Source: Candidatus Moraniibacteriota bacterium (GTDB taxonomy: Bacteria; Patescibacteriota; Minisyncoccia; Moranbacterales; UBA11712). Taken from it: a DNA stretch of 54,593 nucleotides. The notes beneath the pieces are model-generated. The model saw only the letters and a list, made by a program, of their open reading frames with translations. It was not told the DNA's origin and made no database searches. Of the stretch, positions 1 to 9,264 are shown piece by piece. The stretch spans positions 1 through 54,593 of the forward strand of contig JAUXSN010000007.1 in the NCBI GenBank assembly GCA_030679895.1, read 5' to 3'. Numbering within the stretch: position 1 is the stretch's first letter; every line of letters starts with the position of its first letter. The translations under genes were made by a program, and so were the position numbers.

Positions 1-150
1 GCGCGACATCAAAAAAATGTAGAGAAAATTTTTCTGTTTTGGGACTGAAATTTCTTCAAAATTTCAGGGCGGAAGCGGAGCGGAGGTCAGGCTGAATTTT
101 GAAAAAAAGTTCGAGCTTGGTTGTAAATCCGCACCAAAATCTGACTGCCA

Positions 151-252
151 CCGCCGTTGGCGGGGTGCCGCAAGAGGCGGCATAAATCTGGCGCCTTCGG
201 GCTCTTATGGATAGAATCTCGAAGCGTAGCGAAGATCCCGCCGTTGGCGGGG
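151..252. repeat. Two copies of the 15-nt hairpin CCGCCGTTGGCGGGG (151-165 and 238-252)
   Basis: Exact direct repeat; each copy is a CCGCC-GTT-GGCGG stem-loop. Confidence 0.85.
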
Positions 253-267
253 CCTCCCTGCCCACCA
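183..267 (+). pseudogene. Decayed 3' half of a tRNA-Tyr-like gene (possible att-site remnant)
   Basis: TAAATCTGG-CGCCTTCGGGCT (183-203) resembles the Tyr anticodon loop, 3' stem and long variable arm. CCTCCCTGCCCACCA (253-267) resembles the T-stem 3' strand, acceptor strand and CCA. The T-loop (GTTCGAAT) is missing, replaced by about 49 nt containing a hairpin repeat. Confidence 0.45.
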
Positions 268-352
268 TTTCATAAAAACAATCCAAAACCGGGTTGTTTT
301 TATTTTGCCTATTTTATGGTATTATATTGTCAAAAGGGGACGGAAAAACAAA

Positions 353-2830
353 ATGGACTTCATTACTTGGCATTTTACTCAAGGAACAAAAAAATTTTTG
401 GAGATTTGGAAAAATTATCTTGGCTTTTTTTGGTGGTATTTTGGAATTTCCCGGCATTTTTGGACTTTATTTTCATCCTGGAAAAGGGATATTTCCCGCG
501 TCGGCCGGCGAGGATTTCACCCGGTGCTTTGGATCCAATCCGTTTTTGAAAATATTGTCACTCGTTTTTTGGGCGCGATAGTGAGGAGCTTTGTGATAAT
601 TATCGGGGTATTTGTGGAACTTATAGCCGCGCCTTCGGGCTTTTTTATCTTTTTGATATGGCTTTTTTCTCCGCTCTTGATTGTGGTTTTCGGAATTGGC
701 GCAGTGGTTTCTTCTCTTTATGGAGCAGCCTCCTTCGCTCTTAGCGGTATTTTTCTTTTTCTTATATCGATTTTTCTTTTTTACGCTTCCATAAGGTCAT
801 ACTTGGCTCAAGACAAAAGCGCTTCAGAAATAAGTTTGGAAAATTTTGCTTCACAGCCTTGGTTTTCAAGAGTCTGGCAAAGAATCGGAAAAGATCCGAC
901 AGGCGAAGAAGTCAGTTCTTTTTCAAATCCTGAAAATTTAAAAGAGTTTTTGAGAAGCTGCGACATAACGCCAGAAGAGTTTCAAAAAATTATCGAATGG
1001 GAGAAAACAGCCCAAGATAAAAAAGAACAAAAGAGAAAATTTTGGCTGAAAGCTAATTTGTACAACACTTTGCCTATCGGCCAAAACTGGACCTATGCCT
1101 ATACCGTCCATCTTGACCGGCACTCAACGGACCTGTCGGAAGGCGATCCGACGGAATATAAAGAATCGAAACTAGTCGGACATGTTCAGGATCTGGAACT
1201 TCTGGAACTGATTCTCACCCGTCCCAGCCAGAATAGCGCTTTTATCATTGGCGAAGCCGGAGTCGGAAAGCGGACGCTTGTCCATACGCTGGCAAAAAAA
1301 ATCAGAGAAAAAACAGCCAATCCGTATTTAATAGGAAAGAGAGTGCTCGAAATCAATATCGGTGAGATTTTCACGGGACTTACTGACCAAGGCCGGATCG
1401 AGAATGTTTTGCGGTCTATTTTTTTTGAAGCGGCTTATGCCGGAAATATAATTCTCGTGATTGACAATCTCGGCCATTTCCTTAAGTCTAATCCTAAAAA
1501 TCCGGGCGATGACATTTCGGCGGTACTGGCGGAATTTCTGGCCGCGCCGACTTTTCAAATAGTGGGCCTCGCAAACCCCGCTGAATTTCATGAAAATATC
1601 GAGAAAAAGGAGGGTCTTATGAAATACTTTGATAAGGTCCAGCTTGAGGAAATGACCGGCGACCAGACGCTGGAGGTTCTTCTGTATAATCTGAAAGATA
1701 TGGAAAGCGAAGGAGTGATTTTCACTTTCCAGGCTCTTCGCGAAATCATAAAGCTTTCCGATCGATATATAACCGATTCGCCTTTTCCGGAAAAAGCGCT
1801 TGACTTGATGGAGGAAGTTCTGCTTTTTTGGTCGCAGGCGCCAGCGGAAAAATATATCGGCCCGCAAACCGTGAGTGAAGTGGTTTCAAAGAAGATCAAG
1901 GTGCCTTTGGGCGAAATGCGAGAGAATGAAAAAGAAAAATTGGCCAATCTCGAAGAAATTATGCATAAGCGTGTCGTCGGACAGGAGTTTGCCATTCAGC
2001 AAATTGCCGAGACAATGCGCCGGGCCCGGGTGGGAATGGCCAGCTCCACAAAACCGATAGGCAGCTTTCTTTTTCTCGGCCCGACCGGTGTTGGGAAAAC
2101 CGAATCCGCCAAAACTCTGGCTGAAGCGTACTTTGGGGATGAACATCGGATGATACGTTTGGATATGAGTGAGTATCGAAGAGCCGATTCGACGGACAGG
2201 TTATTGGGCTCCGTCGAGATAAATATGACCGGGCAGCTGACCAACAAGGTAAAAGAAAATCCCTACGCGATTCTGCTTCTGGACGAAATCGAAAAAGCTC
2301 ATCCGGATATCCTGAACCTTTTTTTGCAGATTTTGGACGAAGGATGGCTGACTGATGCCTTTGGAAAAAAAATAAATTTCCGCAATTTGATAATAATCGC
2401 GACGTCCAATGCCGGATCGGATTTCATCAAAGCGGCCATAGATTCCGGGATGGATCCGCAGGAGCTGCAGGACAAACTGACAGACCATATCATCAAAGAA
2501 GGAATTTTCCGCCCTGAATTTCTGAATCGTTTCGAGGGAGTCATATTTTTTCACCCCCTAAGTAAAATAGAAATAACAAGAGTGGCCGAGCTTTTACTCG
2601 AAAAATACGCCCAAAAGCTGAAGAAAGAAGAGAATATCAATATTCAGTTCGATTCCGGCATAGCGGAATACACGGTTCAAAAAGGTTATGACCGAAAATT
2701 CGGAGCCAGGTCGATCGATCGCTTCATTCAGGACAGTATCGGCGACAAAATTGTCAAAAAATTGATCAGCGGAGAAATAAAAAAGGGAGATGATTTTTCT
2801 TTGGGGGTTGAAGAATTGTTAGCCCAATAA
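353..2830 (+). CDS. ClpA/ClpB-family (Hsp100) AAA+ ATPase with N-terminal membrane segments
   Basis: Two AAA modules: NBD1 GEAGVGKR...LVIDN, PEKALDL; NBD2 FLFLGPTGVGKTE, RLDMSEY, LLLDEIEKAH, TSNAG, FRPEFLNR, FGAR. Hydrophobic N-terminal helices. ATG at 353 preferred over TTG at 305. Confidence 0.9.
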   Translation: MDFITWHFTQGTKKFLEIWKNYLGFFWWYFGISRHFWTLFSSWKRDISRVGRRGFHPVLWIQSVFENIVTRFLGAIVRSFVIIIGVFVELIAAPSGFFIFLIWLFSPLLIVVFGIGAVVSSLYGAASFALSGIFLFLISIFLFYASIRSYLAQDKSASEISLENFASQPWFSRVWQRIGKDPTGEEVSSFSNPENLKEFLRSCDITPEEFQKIIEWEKTAQDKKEQKRKFWLKANLYNTLPIGQNWTYAYTVHLDRHSTDLSEGDPTEYKESKLVGHVQDLELLELILTRPSQNSAFIIGEAGVGKRTLVHTLAKKIREKTANPYLIGKRVLEINIGEIFTGLTDQGRIENVLRSIFFEAAYAGNIILVIDNLGHFLKSNPKNPGDDISAVLAEFLAAPTFQIVGLANPAEFHENIEKKEGLMKYFDKVQLEEMTGDQTLEVLLYNLKDMESEGVIFTFQALREIIKLSDRYITDSPFPEKALDLMEEVLLFWSQAPAEKYIGPQTVSEVVSKKIKVPLGEMRENEKEKLANLEEIMHKRVVGQEFAIQQIAETMRRARVGMASSTKPIGSFLFLGPTGVGKTESAKTLAEAYFGDEHRMIRLDMSEYRRADSTDRLLGSVEINMTGQLTNKVKENPYAILLLDEIEKAHPDILNLFLQILDEGWLTDAFGKKINFRNLIIIATSNAGSDFIKAAIDSGMDPQELQDKLTDHIIKEGIFRPEFLNRFEGVIFFHPLSKIEITRVAELLLEKYAQKLKKEENINIQFDSGIAEYTVQKGYDRKFGARSIDRFIQDSIGDKIVKKLISGEIKKGDDFSLGVEELLAQ

Positions 2831-2927
2831 ATATAGCCAAAGCAAAGTTCTTTCTTTCCCTTAGCGGGATCTTTTATTTACATCGGCAGTTCTGGACTTT
2901 TGTCCATTTTTGAGCTAGATTTAAAAT

Positions 2928-3950
2928 ATGGACAAGGAAAAAATAATCAGCATTAAGTCAAAATTTCTTATTGAAATCACTAAAGCTCAAAGCGAGAAGG
3001 AACTTTATGATATAAAGGTGAAATACGCCGGGCGAAACGGCGAACTTACTAAAATACTTAAAAATTTGAAAAATCTTCCGGCGGAAAAGAGAAAAGAAAT
3101 CGGACCACTGGCAAATCAGGCGCGCCAAGTTATCGAAAAGACTTATGAAAAACGCCGCAAAGAACTCGGTTCGCAGATCGACTGGGAAAAAGAAAAGATC
3201 GATGTGACGATTCCCGGAGAAAAAGCCTCCCGCGGCAGTCTTCATCCGATTACCTTGGTTTATAGGGAAATCGAGAAAATATTTTCCTCGATGGGCTTTG
3301 AAGTTGTCGAAGGGCCGGAGCTCGAGACGGATTGGTATAATTTCACCTCGCTTAATTTTCCACTCGATCATCCGGCGCGCGATATGCAGGATACTTTTTG
3401 GATAAAATCTCCGAAGGAAAAAATGGTTTTGCGCACCCATACTTCGCCGGTGCAGGTACGATACATGGAGAAACAAAAACCCCCTTTTCGAATAATTGTT
3501 CCCGGAAGAGTATATCGCAATGAAGCGACGGACGCCGCGCATGAACATACCTTGCATCAATTCGAGGCTCTTGTCGTTGGAGACGATATAAATGTCGGCC
3601 ATTTCAAGTATATTGCGAAAGAATTTTTCAGCGCTTTTTTTGGTAAAAATATAAATATCCGCCTTCGGCCAAGCTTTTTTCCGTTCACGGAACCAAGCTT
3701 TGAATTTGATATCAGTTGTACGGTTTGCGGCGGAAAAAAATGTCCCTCGTGCAAAAATTCCGGCTGGCTGGAAATCGGCGGCGCGGGAATGGTCAATCAA
3801 AATGTTTTTGTGTCAGCCGGATACCTGCGAAATCGATATCAAGGCTTTGCCTGGGGATTTGGCATCGAACGCCTCGCAATGATGAAATACAAAATTGATG
3901 ACATCCGCTGGTTTGAGAGCGGGGATTTGAGGTTTATTAAGCAGTTTTAG
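2928..3950 (+). CDS. pheS: Phenylalanine--tRNA ligase alpha subunit
   Basis: HPARDMQDTF, LRTHTSPVQ, PGRVYR, FFPFTEPS, GFAWGFGIERLAM, DLRFIKQF. Confidence 0.98.
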   Translation: MDKEKIISIKSKFLIEITKAQSEKELYDIKVKYAGRNGELTKILKNLKNLPAEKRKEIGPLANQARQVIEKTYEKRRKELGSQIDWEKEKIDVTIPGEKASRGSLHPITLVYREIEKIFSSMGFEVVEGPELETDWYNFTSLNFPLDHPARDMQDTFWIKSPKEKMVLRTHTSPVQVRYMEKQKPPFRIIVPGRVYRNEATDAAHEHTLHQFEALVVGDDINVGHFKYIAKEFFSAFFGKNINIRLRPSFFPFTEPSFEFDISCTVCGGKKCPSCKNSGWLEIGGAGMVNQNVFVSAGYLRNRYQGFAWGFGIERLAMMKYKIDDIRWFESGDLRFIKQF

Positions 3951-3952
3951 TA

Positions 3953-3975
3953 TTCCTAATCTCGTAGATTAGGAA
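3953..3975. repeat. Intergenic hairpin between pheS and pheT
   Basis: TTCCTAATCT-CGT-AGATTAGGAA, a perfect 10-bp stem. Confidence 0.7.
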
Positions 3976-3983
3976 AATAATTT

Positions 3984-6014
3984 ATGAAGTATAGTTATAC
4001 TTGGCTCAAAGAATTATCTGGAACAAAAAAGTCGCCAAAGCAATTGGCGGAGCTTTTGACTATGCGCTCATTTGAGTTTGAAAACATAAAAACCGAAGGA
4101 AAAGAAACCCAACTCGAATTTTCCATTTTACCCAACCGCGGACACGACGCGCTTTCGCATATCGGAATGGCGCGGGAAATATGCGCGTTGGAAAGACGGA
4201 AGTTTTCGCAGACGTCCCCATTCCACTTGGAAACTAAGTTTCCAAGTGGAATGGAAGTGAAAATTACGGACAAAAAACTTTGCCCGCGTTACATCGGAGC
4301 GGTTTTAGAAAATATCAAAGTAACGGCTTCACCCAAATGGATGCAGGAAAGGCTTGTCGTTTGCGGGATAAAACCAATAAATAATATTGTAGACATTACA
4401 AATTATGTCATGCTTGAAGCGGGCCAGCCGCTTCACGCTTTCGATGCAAAGAAAATATACCAGATACCAGATACTAAATACCAGATACTTATCCGCCGAG
4501 CCAAGAAGAATGAAGAAATAAAATTATTGGACGAAAAGATTTATAAGCTTACCGAAAACAATCTCGTGATTGCTGACTTCAAAAAAGCGCTGGCATTGGC
4601 AGGTGTGATGGGCGGGTTTGAATCATCCATAAACAGCAAAACCACTTCAATAATTCTTGAATCAGCCAATTTCAATTCGACGAGCATCAGGAAAACGAGA
4701 GCTTTGCACAGCATAATCACCGAATCGTCGCATCGCTTCGAGCGCGACATTGACCCGAATCTGGCGGAAACAGCCATGGCGCGCGCGATTATATTGATCA
4801 AAGAAATAGGCGGAAAAAATATTGAAGTTACCGCGCTATCTGACGTTTATCCGAAAAAAGCGAAGCCCTGGCAGATAAAATTGGATACAAACTATGCAAA
4901 TAGTTTACTTGGTGAAAAGATTCCAATTTCAAAAATGAAAAATATTCTTGAAAATCTCGGGATTAAATTACTTGGAAACTTAGTTTCCAAGTTGAATGTT
5001 GAAGTTCCAACTTATCGGATTGATCTCAAGACGCAGGAAGACCTCATCGAAGAAATCGGCCGCATCTACGGATATGAAAATATCAAAGAGCAGGCGCCGT
5101 GTGTCGAAATAAAAACTCCGCCTCAAAACGCGAAAAGGGACTTCGAAAATAAACTTCGTGATATTCTGGTCGGCCTTGGATTTTCGGAAGTGATGAATTA
5201 TTCATTCTATGGCGCTGAAGATGTTGCGAAATGCAATTTGAAAATTGAGGATCATATCGAAGTGGCGAATCCCTTAAGTTCGGAACAGCAGTACTTGCGC
5301 CGAAATTTAATCTCAGGCCTTTTGAAAAATATAAGACTAAATCTGAAAAATTTCTCTGAGGTTCAGATTTTTGAAATTGGGGAAAAGTTTTGCAATGATA
5401 AGGAGAAGTTCAGTGAAATACCACTCTTGGTCGGAGCATTGGCGAATGATGATGCAAAAAAATCTCCCTTCTTTAAACTAAAAGGAATGTTTCAAGAGCT
5501 GCTCCAAAAAACAGGAATTAGAAATGCTGAATACAAGGCGCTGAACGAAGAGTATAAATTCTGGCATCCGACCCGGGCAGCGCAGATTATTATAAACGGA
5601 AAGAAAATTGGCAGAATTGGAGAAATCAGCCCAATTGTCTTGAAAAATTATGGCATAAAGCGACGGGTGGCTGTTTTTGGACTTAAGATTGAAGAACTGA
5701 TAAAAATCGGCGCTCAAGATAAGCAGTATAACTCAATCAGCAAATTTCCAACTGTGGAGCGCGATATTTCTATGTTTGTCGGAAAAGAAACAAAATATGC
5801 CGACATAGTTTCAAATATTCAAAAGAATGGAGGAAATCTCGTGAAGAACGTCGAGCTGTTTGATGTTTTTGAGAAAGAAGGCGAAAAGAGCCTGGCGCTC
5901 CGCATCAAAATCGGATCCAATTCAAAAACATTGACCTCCGGAGAAATTGACGCGGTGATGGAAAAAATAGTCTCTTCGCTGGAAAAAAATTTAAAAGTGA
6001 AAGTGAGAAAATAG
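3984..6014 (+). CDS. pheT: Phenylalanine--tRNA ligase beta subunit (short form lacking the B2 OB-fold domain)
   Basis: ILPNRGHDALSHIGMARE, NNIVDITNYVMLE.GQPLHAFD, R.DLKTQEDLIEEIGRIYGY, C-terminal FDX-ACB (FPTVERDIS); follows pheS. Confidence 0.97.
   Translation: MKYSYTWLKELSGTKKSPKQLAELLTMRSFEFENIKTEGKETQLEFSILPNRGHDALSHIGMAREICALERRKFSQTSPFHLETKFPSGMEVKITDKKLCPRYIGAVLENIKVTASPKWMQERLVVCGIKPINNIVDITNYVMLEAGQPLHAFDAKKIYQIPDTKYQILIRRAKKNEEIKLLDEKIYKLTENNLVIADFKKALALAGVMGGFESSINSKTTSIILESANFNSTSIRKTRALHSIITESSHRFERDIDPNLAETAMARAIILIKEIGGKNIEVTALSDVYPKKAKPWQIKLDTNYANSLLGEKIPISKMKNILENLGIKLLGNLVSKLNVEVPTYRIDLKTQEDLIEEIGRIYGYENIKEQAPCVEIKTPPQNAKRDFENKLRDILVGLGFSEVMNYSFYGAEDVAKCNLKIEDHIEVANPLSSEQQYLRRNLISGLLKNIRLNLKNFSEVQIFEIGEKFCNDKEKFSEIPLLVGALANDDAKKSPFFKLKGMFQELLQKTGIRNAEYKALNEEYKFWHPTRAAQIIINGKKIGRIGEISPIVLKNYGIKRRVAVFGLKIEELIKIGAQDKQYNSISKFPTVERDISMFVGKETKYADIVSNIQKNGGNLVKNVELFDVFEKEGEKSLALRIKIGSNSKTLTSGEIDAVMEKIVSSLEKNLKVKVRK
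4218..4254. repeat. Perfect 37-bp palindrome inside pheT
   Basis: CCATTCCACTTGGAAACT-A-AGTTTCCAAGTGGAATGG. Confidence 0.95.
4457..4491 (+). repeat. Five heptamer units (ATACCAG-like) inside pheT
   Basis: ATACCAG ATACCAG ATACTAA ATACCAG ATACTTA, encoding YQIPDTKYQIL. Confidence 0.85.
4970..4992. repeat. Second copy of the pheT palindrome core
   Basis: ACTTGGAAACT-T-AGTTTCCAAGT; same arms as the core of 4218-4254, with the complementary central base. Confidence 0.95.
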
Positions 6015-6020
6015 CGATTA

Positions 6021-8390
6021 ATGAAAGAAATCTCCAAGCACTACAATCCCCAGGAAGTTGAGCCGAAGTGGCGCGAATTTTGGGAAAAAGAAGGAATATA
6101 TAGATTCAACCCCAAAGCCAAAGGGGAGATTTTTTCTGTGGACACTCCTCCGCCCTATGTTTCGGCCGACCATCTGCATGCCGGGCATGTGATGAGCTAC
6201 GCGCAAGCTGAATTTGTCGTCCGCTTCAAGCGCATGCGCGGATTCAATGTCTATTACCCGATGGGCTTTGACGATAACGGCTTGCCGACGGAAAGATTTG
6301 TTGAAAAGAAATATAAAATCAATAGGTCGAAAATTTCCCGATCCGAGTTCATAAAGCTTTGTCTTGAAGAAACAAAAAAAGGTTCAGAAAACTATAGAAA
6401 GCTCTGGACTCTTTTGGGAATTTCCGTTGACTGGACAAAAACATACAGCACCATTAACAAGCATTGCCGCCGGATTTCGCAGTGGTCTTTTATAGATCTC
6501 TATAAAAAAGAAAAAATTTACCGGGCCAAGAAGCCAATTCTCTGGTGCACGGCTTGCCGGACAGCCATTGCGCAAGCGGATCTTGAAGCCGAAGAAAAAG
6601 AAAGCAATCTGGTATATATAAAAGTAAAAGTTGAAACCGGAGACGAAATTGTTTTTGCGACAACAAGACCGGAACTCTTGCCCGCCTGTATGGGAATTTC
6701 CGTCCATCCGAACGACAAGAGATATAAAAAACTAATCGGAAAAAAGATCACTCTGCCTCTCACGAAAAAGAAGATAACCCTCACCGCGGATGTTGCAACG
6801 GACATGAAGTATGGTTCCGGAGTCGTCTATTATTGTTCTTACGGGGGAGGGGAATGCATTGAGTGGCTTTCGCGCCATCCAGAAGCGAAAGCGATTGAGC
6901 TCGTTCTTCCCAACGGACGATTTTCCAAGAACGGGGGCTCCTATGAAGGCATGAAAGTTTTGGAAGCCAGAAAAAAAATAGTCGAAGATCTCCAAAAAGC
7001 CGGCGCGATTGAAAAAATTGAACCGATCAAACATTCGGTTTATGTGCACGAACGATGCGGAACAGATGTAGAATATATCGAATCGGAGCAATGGTTCATT
7101 AAATTACTTGAAAGCAAAAAAGAATTTCTGAAGCGCGGACAGGAACTGAAATGGTTTCCAAAAACAATGAAACGAATTTATGACGAGTGGGTAGAAAACC
7201 TTAAATGGGACTGGTGCATTTCCCGCCAGCGCTATTTCGGCGTTCCTTTTCCGGTTTGGCATTGCGCGAAGTGCAGTGAAGTGATTTTGCCGGATGAAAA
7301 AGATCTGCCCGTCGATCCTCTCGAAGAGCAGCCAAGAATCAAAGCTTGCCCCAAATGCGGCGCAAAGGTATTCTTGCCGGAAAAAGACGTTTTTGACACC
7401 TGGCAGACATCGTCTCTCACGCCGATAATATCTCAAAAGCTCATGGGAGACGCGGCGACGCAGAAAAAACTGTACCCGAGTTCGCTTCGGCCGCAAGCGT
7501 TTGAAATAATAAGAACCTGGCTTTTCTATACGATCGTAAAATCCCACTATCACCACAACCATTTGCCATTCGCAAACGCTATGATTTCCGGGCATGGCCT
7601 CGATGAACAGGGAAGAAAAATATCAAAGCGATTGGGAAATTATATTCCGCCCGAAAAAATCATTGAAGAATATGGCGCTGACGCGATGCGTTATTGGGCG
7701 ACCGGGGCGACTCTCGGCCAGAGCTTGAGATTCAATATTTTGGAAGTCAAAAAAGGGCGGCGAACGACCACGAAATTGTGGAATGTGGCCCGCTTTATGG
7801 CTATGCACGAAAAAAAGCCCAAGCTCATCGCAAATAGCGACCATTTGGAACGGGCAGATTTCTGGATCCTTGAGGAAATGGATAAAACCATCGCCGAAGT
7901 TACCAAAAATTTTGAAAATTATACCTACGCCAAAGCCAAAGACAAGATTGATGATTTTTTCTGGTCGAAATTGGCGGATTATTATGTTGAATTTATCAAA
8001 TACCGGCTTTTTGGCGAAGATAAAAAATCAAAAGACGCGGCCATAAGAACGCTTACGACAGTTTTTTTCAATGTCATCAAAATGTACGCGCCGATTATGC
8101 CTTTTGTGACAGAAGAAATCTTCCAGACATTTTTTAAGGGCGCTGAAAAATCAAAGAGTATCCATTTGTCCGGATGGCCTGAAGAAATATCCGCATCGGG
8201 CGGAAAAGCCGCTGACATCTCGGATTTCAAGGAGGCTATTAAAGCTATTGACGAAATTCGCAAATTCAAAACCGAAAAGGGAATTTCATTGGGTATCGAC
8301 ATTAAATCGCTGAAACTGAAAACTAAAGTAAACCTCAAAAAATACGGCGATTTTTTGAAGAAAGCGGGACGGGTAAAAAAAATAACATAA
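6021..8390 (+). CDS. valS: Valine--tRNA ligase (short, archaeal-like type)
   Basis: DTPPPYVS..LHAGH (HIGH), GFDDNGLPTE, ATTRPEL, WDWCISRQRYFG, DVFDTW, KISKR (KMSKS variant); no C-terminal coiled-coil. Confidence 0.95.
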   Translation: MKEISKHYNPQEVEPKWREFWEKEGIYRFNPKAKGEIFSVDTPPPYVSADHLHAGHVMSYAQAEFVVRFKRMRGFNVYYPMGFDDNGLPTERFVEKKYKINRSKISRSEFIKLCLEETKKGSENYRKLWTLLGISVDWTKTYSTINKHCRRISQWSFIDLYKKEKIYRAKKPILWCTACRTAIAQADLEAEEKESNLVYIKVKVETGDEIVFATTRPELLPACMGISVHPNDKRYKKLIGKKITLPLTKKKITLTADVATDMKYGSGVVYYCSYGGGECIEWLSRHPEAKAIELVLPNGRFSKNGGSYEGMKVLEARKKIVEDLQKAGAIEKIEPIKHSVYVHERCGTDVEYIESEQWFIKLLESKKEFLKRGQELKWFPKTMKRIYDEWVENLKWDWCISRQRYFGVPFPVWHCAKCSEVILPDEKDLPVDPLEEQPRIKACPKCGAKVFLPEKDVFDTWQTSSLTPIISQKLMGDAATQKKLYPSSLRPQAFEIIRTWLFYTIVKSHYHHNHLPFANAMISGHGLDEQGRKISKRLGNYIPPEKIIEEYGADAMRYWATGATLGQSLRFNILEVKKGRRTTTKLWNVARFMAMHEKKPKLIANSDHLERADFWILEEMDKTIAEVTKNFENYTYAKAKDKIDDFFWSKLADYYVEFIKYRLFGEDKKSKDAAIRTLTTVFFNVIKMYAPIMPFVTEEIFQTFFKGAEKSKSIHLSGWPEEISASGGKAADISDFKEAIKAIDEIRKFKTEKGISLGIDIKSLKLKTKVNLKKYGDFLKKAGRVKKIT

Positions 8391-8400
8391 TGGCTGTTTG

Positions 8401-9255
8401 ATGAAAAGTAAGAAACTCAAAATAAGGGTTGCGAAGCATTCCGGTTTTTGTTTTGGAGTGAAAAGGGCGTATGACTTGGTTTGCGTCAATTCCAAGAACT
8501 GCGAAAAGCTTTATATTCTCGGAAAGTTGGTCCACAATGATGACGTTTGCGGAAACATCCGAAAAAAAGGAATTAAAGAAATTAAGTCGCTTAGAGACAT
8601 ACAAGAGGGAACCGTCATTTTCACGGCTCATGGAGTCGGACCGAATATGTATGAAAAAGCGAACGAGCGGGGCTTAAAAATAATCGATACCACCTGTCCT
8701 AAAGTGGTGAAGGCGCAAAGACTGGCAAAAACCTATTTCAAGAAAGGATATCAAATTATCGTTTTCGGAGACAAAAATCACAAAGAAGTGAGAAGCATCA
8801 AAGAATGGGCGGAGAATGAAGCCGTTATTGCGGGAAATTTCGACGAAGTTAAGGAATTGAAACTGGATCCCGGAAGAAAATATTGTCTTGTCTCCCAAAC
8901 CACCCAAAACGCGAAAGAGTTCAAAAAATCCGCCGTTTACCTCAAGAATAGACTAAAAAATTTCATATTTTTCAACACGATTTGCGATTCAACCGAACAG
9001 CGCCAAAAAGAAATCCGTAACCTTGCCAAAGTTAACGATGTTGTGATAATAGTCGGCGGCAGGGACAGCGCCAATTCTAAGATGCTTTTTGAAATTGCCA
9101 GTAAAATAAACCCGAAATCCCATTTCATCGAAAACGCAAAAGGCCTGAAACCGCAACGGCTCATGAGCGCGAAATCAGTGATTATCGGCGCCGGCGCCTC
9201 GACACCGGAGTGGGTAATAGAAAAAGTGGTTGATAAAATAAGAAAAATATCCTAA
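8401..9255 (+). CDS. ispH: 4-hydroxy-3-methylbut-2-enyl diphosphate reductase (IspH/LytB)
   Basis: GFCFGVKRA, LVHN, TAHGV, DTTCPKV, HKEV, SQTT, NTICDST, SANS, GAGASTP; three Fe-S cysteines present. Confidence 0.95.
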   Translation: MKSKKLKIRVAKHSGFCFGVKRAYDLVCVNSKNCEKLYILGKLVHNDDVCGNIRKKGIKEIKSLRDIQEGTVIFTAHGVGPNMYEKANERGLKIIDTTCPKVVKAQRLAKTYFKKGYQIIVFGDKNHKEVRSIKEWAENEAVIAGNFDEVKELKLDPGRKYCLVSQTTQNAKEFKKSAVYLKNRLKNFIFFNTICDSTEQRQKEIRNLAKVNDVVIIVGGRDSANSKMLFEIASKINPKSHFIENAKGLKPQRLMSAKSVIIGAGASTPEWVIEKVVDKIRKIS

Positions 9256-9264
9256 GCTTGTATT

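Noticed and set aside
1-180. Group I intron (AATCCGCACCAA resembles the Q element)
   Set aside because: No recognisable R/S (P7) elements downstream.
56-581. ORFs 56-286, 157-549 and 294-581
   Set aside because: They run through hairpin/tRNA-like DNA or overlap the Clp gene out of frame; no protein features.
2958-3800. 280-aa minus-strand ORF, and similar long antisense ORFs (12442-13152, 21698-22408, 23167-23811, 34761-35579)
   Set aside because: Fully antisense to well-supported genes, with no motifs; shadow ORFs.
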